IMG/VR virus record: IMGVR_UViG_2617270976_000016
Location: 1 to 23,498 of that record
Length of the DNA stretch: 23,498 nt
Reading direction: 5' to 3' (one strand)
From: a virus
Lineage: Duplodnaviria > Heunggongvirae > Uroviricota > Caudoviricetes
Part shown: positions 1 through 8,863 of the stretch, one piece after another
How positions within the stretch are numbered: position 1 is the stretch's first letter
Layout of the letters: every line of letters starts with the position of its first letter
Translations under genes and position numbers: made by a program
The notes under the pieces: model-generated
Told to the model about the DNA's origin: nothing
The model's database searches: none
What the model saw: only the letters and a program-made list of their open reading frames with translations

Positions 1-246
1 CTATAGTCCTCCGTTTGGATTGAACAGCTGAAAGGTACGGTTCTCGCCTTCCTGCGTTGATACATCGCGGAATGTTGTCACATACCACTCGATCCATTCG
101 TTGGCCTGCTTCATCGTCCAGTTCCAGTTAACCTTGTTCAGTTCCTGGACAAACCGTTGCGTGGTTACGGTCTTCCGGCCATTTGGTTCCTGATGTATCG
201 AAGCATGCCAGGCTATTTCAATATCGCTGCGTCTTGGCATCATCAC
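1..246 (-). CDS. Hypothetical protein, 5' part only (N-terminus at 246, runs off the left edge)
   Basis: Open frame from Met cluster at 246 with no stop before position 1; divergent from the dinI-like gene across the SOS-box intergenic region; no family recognised. Confidence 0.3.
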   Translation of the reverse strand: MMMPRRSDIEIAWHASIHQEPNGRKTVTTQRFVQELNKVNWNWTMKQANEWIEWYVTTFRDVSTQEGENRTFQLFNPNGGL

Positions 247-254
247 GCCCTCTC

Positions 255-283
255 TTGAATACCGGATAAAAACACAGTATAAA
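255..283 (+). promoter_or_regulatory. Candidate sigma70 promoter of the dinI-like gene (-35 TTGAAT 255-260, 17-bp spacer, -10 TATAAA 278-283)
   Basis: Hexamers and spacing read directly from the sequence; LexA box sits immediately downstream over the predicted start site. Confidence 0.4.
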
Positions 284-303
284 TACTGTATATCTATCCA
301 GTA
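284..303. promoter_or_regulatory. LexA (SOS) box TACTGTATATCTATCCAGTA
   Basis: CTGT-N8-CCAG dyad, one mismatch from CTGT-N8-ACAG and the same CCAG variant as the E. coli dinI box as I recall it; 16 bp upstream of the dinI-like ATG. Confidence 0.6.
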
Positions 304-318
304 AAGGGGTAATGCGCA

Positions 319-561
319 ATGTTCGTGGAACTCGTTTATGACAAAAGGAATTTTGATGGTCTGCCAGATGCAAAAGATATCATTCTGGGCGAATTGACCA
401 AGAGGGTTCGCAGGATTTTACCCAATGCTGATGTTCGGGTTAAACCGATGATGACACTGCCATCGAACAACACTGACGCCAGCAAGCATGAGAAGGAACA
501 GATAAGCCGTGCTGTTCAGGAAATGTTTGAAGAAGCTGATATGTGGCTGGTTTCAGATTAA
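319..561 (+). CDS. dinI: DinI-family protein (DNA-damage-inducible protein I homologue)
   Basis: 80 aa; translation aligns by eye with E. coli DinI (acidic C-terminus ending ...WLVSD); RBS AAAGGGG upstream; LexA box in promoter. Confidence 0.8.
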   Translation: MFVELVYDKRNFDGLPDAKDIILGELTKRVRRILPNADVRVKPMMTLPSNNTDASKHEKEQISRAVQEMFEEADMWLVSD

Positions 562-822
562 ACGCCTTGAACTGTCATATTGCTTAAGTACAGACCGTCG
601 AGACTGGCCATCATTCAATACTTGCACTATTGTAGCGCCCGCCAGTCAGCATACATACTTGATGTTGCATTTATCACCAATCGTATATGCGCTTTTGTGC
701 CCACACGAAGCCTTGCAAACCGATGCCAAGCTTTGTGTGTCCCGTTTTGGTCTCATGCCAAAAATCTACCTTTCCTTGCTTCTGGTGAGGTGACTTCATG
801 TTTCTCCAGCACAATCATAAAA

Positions 823-851
823 TTAGACACAGAGCCATGTTATGTTAATAT
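823..851 (+). promoter_or_regulatory. Candidate sigma70 promoter for the acyltransferase gene (-35 TTAGAC 823-828, 17-bp spacer, -10 TAATAT 846-851)
   Basis: Hexamers and spacing read from the sequence, about 37 bp upstream of the ATG at 888. Confidence 0.35.
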
Positions 852-887
852 ATTCTTCTCAATGATAAATTGTTTTACAGGTAAGTA

Positions 888-2849
888 ATGGGAATTATTA
901 GCTCAACCAATAAAACAAAGTCCGCATTCTATGAGCCATCTGTCGATGGGCTCAGAGCATTAGCGGTTATAATAGTTATTCTTTTTCATGCAGGCTTTAA
1001 ATGGATGCCTGGAGGATACGTTGGCGTAGATGTATTTTTTGTTATCTCTGGTTATCTAATAACAGGTATTTTATACTCAAGTAATTTAAAAAACACATAT
1101 TCGTATAAAACATTTATACTATCAAGAATATCAAGACTATACCCTGCGTTAATATCGACTCTTATTCTAACATTAATTCTTGGCTTTTTGATATTTAGTC
1201 CAAGCGATTTAGAAAGACTCGGCAAAACAATGGTTTATACATTATTGTCCGCGTCAAACTTTTTCTTCATGAATGGTTCCGGGTATTTTGACCAGTCATC
1301 TGAAACAAACCCACTACTTCATACATGGTCTCTTGCTGTTGAGCAACAATTTTATTTCTTGTGGCCTTTAATAATTCTTGCGGGTTTTAAACTAGGAAAA
1401 AACAAGTTAAAATTACTTATATTTTTGATCGGTGTTTTATCCCTAGTCTTATCGCAACTAACAATTAACTCATTCCCTACAGCAAATTATTACATGCCAT
1501 GGTTTAGGGCTTTTGAATTTGCTTTTGGAGGAATAATTTTCTTCATAGAAAAACCAAAAAGGAAAAGTTATTTAAACGATATATTATTTGTAGTTGGAAT
1601 CACCCTCATATTATATAGTGCATTTAGTTTCGGTAAGTCAACTGCGTTCCCTGGATTCAATGCTATGATCCCAGTTATTGGCGCATGTCTTTCTATACGA
1701 TATGGTGAAAAATCAAATATAGGATTTATTCTATCCAATAAATTAATGGTTGGTATAGGTGTAATATCATATTCTGTTTACCTTATTCACTGGCCGTTAA
1801 TGGTGTTTTATAAATATTATGTATTCCGTGATATCTCTACGTATGAAATGGTGTTTATATCCGTAATTCCATTTATTTTAGCTATCCCAAACTATAAATA
1901 TATAGAGAACAAATTCAGGAGAATTAACCTTAAATCTTTAAATAAAATATCATTTTTGTTTTTTGCAATGTCTATTATGACTATGTGCATTTCTGTATCT
2001 TACTTTTACTTTAATGGACTTCCTTTTAGGGTTAATGATTATTTTAAAGAGAAAATTTCTAAATCTGCAGACTTCCATACACAACAGTATGGAGGTGCAG
2101 GTTATAAAGATATAGGTGTCTACGATCTTGGTGATAAGGAAAAGTCGAAATACTCTGCCATATTGATAGGCGATAGCTTTGCTCGTCAATATGCTAGCGC
2201 GATTGACAAAAATCCTTATGGCATGAAATTAATAACATCACTTAAAGATGGTTGTTATTTTTCAATAAGAATGACCGAGTTTAATGGCGGTGCTAGAGAT
2301 GATGATTGCCCAACACATTTGATGACGGCTTTGGACATATCAAGAGATCAAAACCTTCCAGTAATTTTATCTATGCGCTGGTATGGATACAAATATATGA
2401 TTGGCCCTAAAGGTGGTAGCCCAAAAACATTTATTTCTGATAAAGAATATATTGATGAAGTTGTAAGTAATGTAAAGGAAATAGCTAATGCATTTAACGG
2501 AGTCAAGATTGTAGTGATAGGTTCAACGCCAGGAGTTGAAGGGGTTGGAGGTATTGAATCATGCGTTTCTAGACCTGATTACCTTCCTTTAGTATGTGCA
2601 AATAATCTTGTTACTAAGGAAAAGGATAACATTAATAAAAAAATAAATGAATCACTTAAAATAGAGTTATCAAAATCAAAAAACATATTATTCATTGATC
2701 CATATGACTACATGTGCAGTAACGGAGAATGTGCAACCATGTCTCATGATTATAAATATCTTTATTCAGACAACACCCACTTATCTAAAGATGGGGCTTA
2801 TGCGCTATGGTCATCAATTGGTAAAAATATAAGTGAGTATATAAAATAA
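888..2849 (+). CDS. OafA/Oac-like O-antigen acyltransferase (acyltransferase-3 membrane domain fused to SGNH-type C-terminal domain)
   Basis: 653 aa; N-terminal half is polytopic membrane protein with the acyltransferase-3 style N-terminus (…LRALAVIIVILFHAGF…), C-terminal half soluble with GDSF-like motif (ILIGDSFARQ); gene is conspicuously AT-rich and uses AGA Arg codons. Confidence 0.8.
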   Translation: MGIISSTNKTKSAFYEPSVDGLRALAVIIVILFHAGFKWMPGGYVGVDVFFVISGYLITGILYSSNLKNTYSYKTFILSRISRLYPALISTLILTLILGFLIFSPSDLERLGKTMVYTLLSASNFFFMNGSGYFDQSSETNPLLHTWSLAVEQQFYFLWPLIILAGFKLGKNKLKLLIFLIGVLSLVLSQLTINSFPTANYYMPWFRAFEFAFGGIIFFIEKPKRKSYLNDILFVVGITLILYSAFSFGKSTAFPGFNAMIPVIGACLSIRYGEKSNIGFILSNKLMVGIGVISYSVYLIHWPLMVFYKYYVFRDISTYEMVFISVIPFILAIPNYKYIENKFRRINLKSLNKISFLFFAMSIMTMCISVSYFYFNGLPFRVNDYFKEKISKSADFHTQQYGGAGYKDIGVYDLGDKEKSKYSAILIGDSFARQYASAIDKNPYGMKLITSLKDGCYFSIRMTEFNGGARDDDCPTHLMTALDISRDQNLPVILSMRWYGYKYMIGPKGGSPKTFISDKEYIDEVVSNVKEIANAFNGVKIVVIGSTPGVEGVGGIESCVSRPDYLPLVCANNLVTKEKDNINKKINESLKIELSKSKNILFIDPYDYMCSNGECATMSHDYKYLYSDNTHLSKDGAYALWSSIGKNISEYIK

Positions 2850-2864
2850 AAACCACTTTATTGA

Positions 2865-2912
2865 CTGCACCCCAAAAGTTGGACACCCAACTGAGTTGGG
2901 TGCAGTTTTTTA
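2865..2912. terminator. Bidirectional intrinsic terminator between convergent acyltransferase and tailspike genes
   Basis: Stem CACCCAA/TTGGGTG with loop, flanked by A-run on one side and TTTTTT on the other. Confidence 0.5.
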
Positions 2913-4754
2913 TTATGAAGCCAAAGTTCCGGCAACCTTCCACACTCCACCACCTACATGTATCCATTTATATGGATTTCCTGCAGATGGCGAAGCCAGC
3001 TCCCACCTTGCTCCATTGCCATATTGAGTGACACTCGCATCTGGAGGGTTATCACCATAGACATGAGCAATCCCATTTACTAGATAGCCAGTCGCGGTCC
3101 ATAGCTCAGTTCCCCACACGGAGTATTCTCCACCCTCGCTTACATAATTAAATACAGAAAAACTCCCCCCCCATTTAACTCTTGATGCTGGAGGCATATA
3201 GCATGAAATTAAATTAAGAGTTGTACCACCAACTTGGTAGTATTTACTAGTGTGTGAACCTTCAAATTCAGAAAGTGAAGAATTGTTAAATGATACATTT
3301 GACTGCGTTATTATTATAGCCTCAGCGCCACCATCTTTTACACCAACAGCCCTGAATCCATTAGCTACTATAAAAGATTGATTGACCTCAAATATACTAC
3401 CAGTTACATTCTCTACCGCACACCCATTTAATGTAATCCCAGCACATGACAGGAAAACATATGCAGTTCCATTAACCCTCTCAGGAACGCAGCATGTTAA
3501 TGTGCTATATGTTACGTTATTCATTTTTATGGCGTGGCGAGAGCAGTCTCTAACATAGAGATTATTTATATTAAATGATGTTCCTGCGGTTGCAACAACA
3601 TATCCATCCTGAACATCATGCAACATAAAATTAGATACATTCTGCAACCAACTATCACTGGTATAATACCCTGTCATTCCTCTATAACCATATACATCTT
3701 CAATTCGTGTATTGTAACTAATAGCGCTATATATAATATATTCAGACTTTCCTGTTGCAGTGCATTTTAGACTCAACCCAATTATTCTTGTGCTTCTTGT
3801 TTGTGTTCCGCTTAAATCACCAGCAGTGTCACTATCCATGTCTACCGCAGCGATAAAGTCTTTGGAAAAACTGTGCGCCACACCCTGCCACATGCGATCC
3901 GGAACTGTTTTAATATCGTTACCTGTTTTGATTAATCCACAGGAATCCATACCACAGCCCTCCAGCGTGACACGTGGAGGCACGATAGCGCCATACTTAA
4001 TATCGTAAAATCCATTGAGCCTGAGCGTACCTCCTTCATATAGCAGGCATGCAGTCAGCCGTTCAAAAGCATCACTGTTTTGCTCAGCCGTTCTGGAGGT
4101 CATCATTCCACCGTTCTCTACCGGGATATCAATATGGCTTCCCGTTCGCTTCCAGCGTTTTCCTCCTGCCGTTACAAAGATATTTACTCCATCGTCAGCC
4201 TCTGAACTGGAAAAGGCTATAAACGTTCCTCCACCAAGACCTGGTGTATCAGGGTAATATCCGCGAACTGTTATATTTTGATTTGTGAATGAAGGCTCAA
4301 TAGTTCTTAGTGTCGCAATGTCAGGACAGATACCGATATATTTTTCACCATCTAAGCTGAGTAGATCTCCACGCAATGAAGCATCACCCACGCTAACCCA
4401 CGCACCTAATCCAATCCCACCTGTCGTTTCTGGCGTAGAGCCAGCAGGAACGGTTTTAGGTAATACACCATCCCAACGGTAATACTCGCCAGAGGTTTCG
4501 TCGTGCAATGCCTGATTAGTCAAGGTTATCTCTGCGCCAACCTGAAATGATTTTATTAGTATCCAACCCATTTTTGACAATGATTCTTTGTACTTTGACT
4601 CCATACCATGCCAAGTAAGACGTGGATTACCAAAACGATCAGGCCATAACTCATTGGATTGATCATTAGAAAGATGATCGAAGTTCTGGGCGTTATCGTA
4701 CAAATCTTTTGCAGCAGAAGACCCCAGCGGATTGCCAGTATTATAAGTCGTCAT
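2913..4754 (-). CDS. Tailspike / receptor-binding depolymerase (beta-helix type)
   Basis: 613 aa; Gly/Asn/Thr/Ser-rich repetitive middle typical of right-handed beta-helix tailspikes; last gene of tail module; RBS GAGG upstream of ATG at 4754. Confidence 0.55.
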   Translation of the reverse strand: MTTYNTGNPLGSSAAKDLYDNAQNFDHLSNDQSNELWPDRFGNPRLTWHGMESKYKESLSKMGWILIKSFQVGAEITLTNQALHDETSGEYYRWDGVLPKTVPAGSTPETTGGIGLGAWVSVGDASLRGDLLSLDGEKYIGICPDIATLRTIEPSFTNQNITVRGYYPDTPGLGGGTFIAFSSSEADDGVNIFVTAGGKRWKRTGSHIDIPVENGGMMTSRTAEQNSDAFERLTACLLYEGGTLRLNGFYDIKYGAIVPPRVTLEGCGMDSCGLIKTGNDIKTVPDRMWQGVAHSFSKDFIAAVDMDSDTAGDLSGTQTRSTRIIGLSLKCTATGKSEYIIYSAISYNTRIEDVYGYRGMTGYYTSDSWLQNVSNFMLHDVQDGYVVATAGTSFNINNLYVRDCSRHAIKMNNVTYSTLTCCVPERVNGTAYVFLSCAGITLNGCAVENVTGSIFEVNQSFIVANGFRAVGVKDGGAEAIIITQSNVSFNNSSLSEFEGSHTSKYYQVGGTTLNLISCYMPPASRVKWGGSFSVFNYVSEGGEYSVWGTELWTATGYLVNGIAHVYGDNPPDASVTQYGNGARWELASPSAGNPYKWIHVGGGVWKVAGTLAS

Positions 4755-4765
4755 ATTTGCCTCAT

Positions 4766-4790
4766 AAGAGAAAAACCCGCCGTAGCGGGT
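4766..4790 (-). terminator. Short intrinsic terminator between large tail protein and tailspike
   Basis: Minus strand: hairpin ACCCGC-TACG-GCGGGT followed by TTTTT, immediately upstream of the tailspike RBS. Confidence 0.3.
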
Positions 4791-4806
4791 AATATTGATG
4801 TTTGGA

Positions 4807-7524
4807 TTAAGCTACATTGCCGGGGTAGGTAGCGTTATCGTACTGATAGAAAGTGTCGCGATACTCTTTTGCCGTTACCTGACATGTTCCATCAGATTGC
4901 GGTGCTATCTCTGAAATTAATGCGCTATATCCAACACGGGATGACTCGCAGAAAATCAGACGAGGCGATTCAATGGATGGGGCGTTTAGCATGATATTGC
5001 TGAATTTTGCTTGTTCTATTACTGATAGAACATATTCATTTACCCTTGTAGCTGCCAGCAAATCCGAAGCAGAACCATCCTGATAGCGTATCAATGCACG
5101 TGGGTTGTTGAATGTCCAGTCAAGTGGTTCTGATACTGTAATAGTCGTTACGCCATCACTTGTACTCATATCCTCAATCAACGTGCTTATTGTTTTGCTA
5201 CCAGGAATATCATCCGTGAATACTACCCTGTCGCCAACGTTATAACAGAGAGCATCCATTTCCGTTGTTGTGGTATGAGTCAAACGTTGCTGAAGGTACT
5301 TCATCAGACGTCGCATACCTATCTGATAAGCACGGTCCTGGTCAAGAACACCATCAAGCGTATAGTCCTCAATCTTTACCGGAGTTGGGTTATCTGATGT
5401 TCTGCACTGCACCGTCTCTTCAGCCCATGTAGTGCCGTTGATATATGTAACATCCACACCATCATAGTCATCTGCTGACGGAGCAACGAAAGCAGTCTGA
5501 AGCGGATCAGTCATCTCCTGTGGGCTGATTATTCCAGTCCACGTTTTCACACCTTCCCTTGCTACAGATGCCAGACCATCGGTAAGAAGGAAGTAACTTT
5601 TTCCTGCATTTGTCACCTTCTGAAGCATCTCCAGCGCAGAAACAGAATCCGTAGTGGCATAGTCAAAGAATTCACTGCCAGGGGTCCAGTAAGTAGTTTC
5701 TAGTGAGTCAATAGCTTCACGGTCCATCGCTAGCCCCAACTCATTACCTATATGATACAGAGCACCAGAAATGCTCCTTGACACACCAGAATCATAAACT
5801 CGCGTGGCTACAACGTTTACGCGGCGATCTGACTGCGCTGCCAGTTTACCGCCAGTTTCCACAGTAACCGCAATTGTGGGGACGCCAGTATACGATGCTG
5901 GCCGTGACAACAAACGTCCTCGCAATGACTGCCAGTACATGTTATCGCGACTGTTATTCTGTCCCTGCTCGTTCGTGCGGCGAGCTCTCACCTCTACTAG
6001 CGCAGGCGTATCCAGCGTGATTCTTTCGGTAAATCCCAGTCCGTTAATGTTCTGGAGGTAGTACGATCCGGTTTTACTTATCCACCCGACGCCTGAACCA
6101 TATGGCCGGTACTGAATCTCCCACTTTACCTCACGGTATTGTTTGTTCCCTTTTTTGTTATACCCACAAATCCCGTTTGGGAAGAAGAAGTTTACTTCGA
6201 ACATATCAACAACTTCATTTTCTGGGCACGCCAGAAAAGGTCCCATCCAACTATCGTTCTCATTTAAACCGTTGGCTTCAAAATCAAGAACTGTGCGCGG
6301 TGAAAATCCAGGCCATGACGGATCAACGCTGCCATCAATAACCCGCTCCAGAGTTACAGAGCTACCATCTATATCAAGAATCTTATATTCGCTTCCGGAA
6401 TGGGAAACAGATAGCCTGACATAACCTTCAGGAATCCCGGTGAACGGAGTTCCAGTGGCGCTATCGTAAGCGAGGGTTATTGATGCGGTAATCACATCTT
6501 CGCCGACTGGCTCAGAGTGAGGTATAAAATCAGCAATGAATAGTTGGTAATCAATGCTGTTGTACCAGAGAGTTACAGGCATCCCAACATAAGGAGCTAT
6601 TTCCTCCAGCGTGTCACTGGTAATTCTGCTGTAAGCACCATCATTAGTTACCACATAGGAATCAGGAACAATTAACTCAACAATTGCACCAACAGTCCAT
6701 GTATCTGGAAGATCATTTGTTGTTTCATCTCCATCATCCGTGCTCAGCCCATTAAATGTTATTGTTGGTCCGGAAACGGTTAGCGAATTAGCAACAACAT
6801 CTTCCGTGTCCGGCGCGGTTTGCGCCATATCAAGACCAGAACCAGATGCGGTTCCCCCAACCTCTGTGGAATTGAACCAGTTTTCTGATCGTTGATCTCC
6901 ACTAACGCTTTGCCCGGGTTGATACACTGTGTAGTTAAACCCATCACCAAGAGAAGCAATTGGAGTTGACCCTACACGAATATCGCCATCCCCAAATGAA
7001 AAACGCCCTCTCCCCATAACAACAAACATTTCAACTGTCATTACCGTTGGATCATCAACTGAGAATCTTGTTACAGGCTGCACTGCATAGTCAGGATAAA
7101 TACGGCTTCGTCCAAATAACTCACGTATCGGGTCGCCCAATTTTGCGTTATTCGCTTTAGCAGGATTTACATCAAGAGGGTTTCCCGTTCCTGATGAATA
7201 ACCGCCAAGGTCACCAACACCAGGAGCAAAGAAAAGAGCATACGCGACTGATGCAACTGATACAGCAACGGCAATCCAGGCAAGAGCTACAGCGCCATAA
7301 GGGACAGGGTAAATTCTGACATCACTGTCTGATTTGATAGCAAATTCAAACCATGCCTGAGGCGGTATGTTCTCTCCATCAACATCAACGGTGATCGGGT
7401 GCTTCATATCAGGCTTATAGCCCTGAACGTTCTTCGCAAGCCACTGATGGATAGTTACTGCGCCATGTTCATGAGTTTCGAGTGGCTCGCCAGGCAGCCG
7501 TGAAGGATAAATTCTGATAGTCAC
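4807..7524 (-). CDS. Large tail-tip / host-specificity protein (J-like central fibre protein)
   Basis: About 900 aa directly downstream of the NlpC/P60 tail gene; start placed at GTG 7524 overlapping upstream stop as GTGA; alternative ATG at 7407; predicted hydrophobic helix near N-terminus. Confidence 0.5.
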   Translation of the reverse strand: MTIRIYPSRLPGEPLETHEHGAVTIHQWLAKNVQGYKPDMKHPITVDVDGENIPPQAWFEFAIKSDSDVRIYPVPYGAVALAWIAVAVSVASVAYALFFAPGVGDLGGYSSGTGNPLDVNPAKANNAKLGDPIRELFGRSRIYPDYAVQPVTRFSVDDPTVMTVEMFVVMGRGRFSFGDGDIRVGSTPIASLGDGFNYTVYQPGQSVSGDQRSENWFNSTEVGGTASGSGLDMAQTAPDTEDVVANSLTVSGPTITFNGLSTDDGDETTNDLPDTWTVGAIVELIVPDSYVVTNDGAYSRITSDTLEEIAPYVGMPVTLWYNSIDYQLFIADFIPHSEPVGEDVITASITLAYDSATGTPFTGIPEGYVRLSVSHSGSEYKILDIDGSSVTLERVIDGSVDPSWPGFSPRTVLDFEANGLNENDSWMGPFLACPENEVVDMFEVNFFFPNGICGYNKKGNKQYREVKWEIQYRPYGSGVGWISKTGSYYLQNINGLGFTERITLDTPALVEVRARRTNEQGQNNSRDNMYWQSLRGRLLSRPASYTGVPTIAVTVETGGKLAAQSDRRVNVVATRVYDSGVSRSISGALYHIGNELGLAMDREAIDSLETTYWTPGSEFFDYATTDSVSALEMLQKVTNAGKSYFLLTDGLASVAREGVKTWTGIISPQEMTDPLQTAFVAPSADDYDGVDVTYINGTTWAEETVQCRTSDNPTPVKIEDYTLDGVLDQDRAYQIGMRRLMKYLQQRLTHTTTTEMDALCYNVGDRVVFTDDIPGSKTISTLIEDMSTSDGVTTITVSEPLDWTFNNPRALIRYQDGSASDLLAATRVNEYVLSVIEQAKFSNIMLNAPSIESPRLIFCESSRVGYSALISEIAPQSDGTCQVTAKEYRDTFYQYDNATYPGNVA

Positions 7525-7901
7525 TTCCAGAACTCCACTTTGACAAAACGACGTTTGAAACGCGAGACAGGAAGGAAGGTAACGTTCACTCCTGGGTTGC
7601 ACTCTGCGACATGCAATTGGCCGTTAATTTCAACGACTACACCAACATGAGTAACGGTTGACCCGGAATAACAGGCGGCACCGGCACCTATACACGGCGC
7701 GCATTTTTCCAGAGAAAGCATGAGCTTTCTGGCCTCTCGGTTTAAACCTCCGCCGTCTTTTGTTATACCTGAAAAATCTGGCCACAGTGGTAGCCCCAGG
7801 TCTTTTCGTACCTCGTTCACTATGCCGAAGCAGTCAAGTTCAGGATAAGTGCGACCGCCCTTCTGCCATATGACAGAAAGGTATTTATCAGGATTGAACA
7901 T
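7521..7901 (-). CDS. NlpC/P60 (C40) peptidase-domain tail protein
   Basis: 126 aa; Cys motif (ELDCFG) and downstream His (THVGVVV) typical of NlpC/P60 catalytic residues; position in tail-tip module. Confidence 0.5.
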   Translation of the reverse strand: MFNPDKYLSVIWQKGGRTYPELDCFGIVNEVRKDLGLPLWPDFSGITKDGGGLNREARKLMLSLEKCAPCIGAGAACYSGSTVTHVGVVVEINGQLHVAECNPGVNVTFLPVSRFKRRFVKVEFWK

Positions 7902-7910
7902 TGTTGCTCC

Positions 7911-8393
7911 TTAACTCATGTAACGAAGGCCGGGGTAATACGGGAGGGTGTATCGGTGGCGCGGCCATGCGGTATCAAGAACGTTCATATATCCGGCAGT
8001 AATCTGCGCCTGCATGGATGTCCATGACCCGCTTTTAATCGCCAGCGTGTACGGTACAGATGCCGGAGCACTGAGGTCCGTGGAGACATAGTTACGATAT
8101 GTCAGCGATGCCTCTGAAAGGTTATCCAGAGCATTCCGTATGGCGGTGGAAGTAATCCCGTCTATGTTATCAATGGCAAACTGCAAATCTTGTGTACCAT
8201 CGCTGTTTCTTGCTGGAAGGGCAATATCAATAGCCGCAGCCTGAAAGGTTACCACCACGCCACTTTCGGTTGTTGCGGTGATGTCATCGAAGCCTTTACA
8301 AAGATAATAAACACCAGTACCGATGTTTATTTGCAGGGTTTCGATGATCACCTCTTCCCCGGATGAGGCATACAGCCTATTTAGAATCGTCAT
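7911..8393 (-). CDS. Phage minor tail protein
   Basis: 160 aa; sits between distal tail gene and NlpC/P60 gene; ATGA stop-start overlap with the upstream gene at 8390-8393. Confidence 0.4.
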   Translation of the reverse strand: MTILNRLYASSGEEVIIETLQINIGTGVYYLCKGFDDITATTESGVVVTFQAAAIDIALPARNSDGTQDLQFAIDNIDGITSTAIRNALDNLSEASLTYRNYVSTDLSAPASVPYTLAIKSGSWTSMQAQITAGYMNVLDTAWPRHRYTLPYYPGLRYMS

Positions 8394-8863
8394 GGCTCAG
8401 GCCACTCCCTGTTAAGCGCAATATCAATGATGCTGCTGTTGATAATGTAATCAGGAAAATCAGCCCAGCCAGGAGCCAGAACAGGCCTTTCCCACAATTC
8501 CAACGTGGCCGTGTAGCGCCAGTAGTTTCCGCCTTCAATTGTCGGCCCCTCATAGATATCCACGAAACGACAGACATAAACATCAACAACGCCTAACGGA
8601 GATCGAAGAGGCATGTTAAACCAGTCAGCGCCATCCTTAATGGTGTCCCTGAACCATACCTCAAATAGTTGAGCTTCCGGATCCGTAAGCAGCCATGCAA
8701 CCGAGGCCTGAGTTGGCGTTGAAGTATATAATCTCCTCTGCCTCGCCCTGCCGGATGTGAGTTCGGTTCTCAGTAATGGGCTAACTGGCTTTAACCCGAA
8801 CCCTTCCTGCAATGGAACAGGAAGGTAATCATTCGGATAGTTAATGCTGGTCGTTTTAGCCAT
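8390..8863 (-). CDS. Phage tail protein (distal tail protein-like, immediately after tape measure)
   Basis: 157 aa; start overlaps tape-measure stop as TAATG at 8861-8865. Confidence 0.4.
   Translation of the reverse strand: MAKTTSINYPNDYLPVPLQEGFGLKPVSPLLRTELTSGRARQRRLYTSTPTQASVAWLLTDPEAQLFEVWFRDTIKDGADWFNMPLRSPLGVVDVYVCRFVDIYEGPTIEGGNYWRYTATLELWERPVLAPGWADFPDYIINSSIIDIALNREWPEP

Noticed and set aside
509-888. Two overlapping plus-strand ORFs (94 and 102 aa) in the dinI-to-acyltransferase spacer
   Set aside because: No RBS, Cys/Leu-rich nonsense-like translations; region better explained as intergenic with promoter elements
1950-2189. 79-aa minus-strand ORF inside the acyltransferase gene
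   Set aside because: Lies antisense within a well-supported long CDS; AT-rich sequence gives chance open frames; no RBS
3760-4482. Three plus-strand ORFs (82, 80 and 65 aa) inside the tailspike gene
   Set aside because: Shadow ORFs antisense to a long coherent CDS; Pro/Ser-rich low-complexity translations
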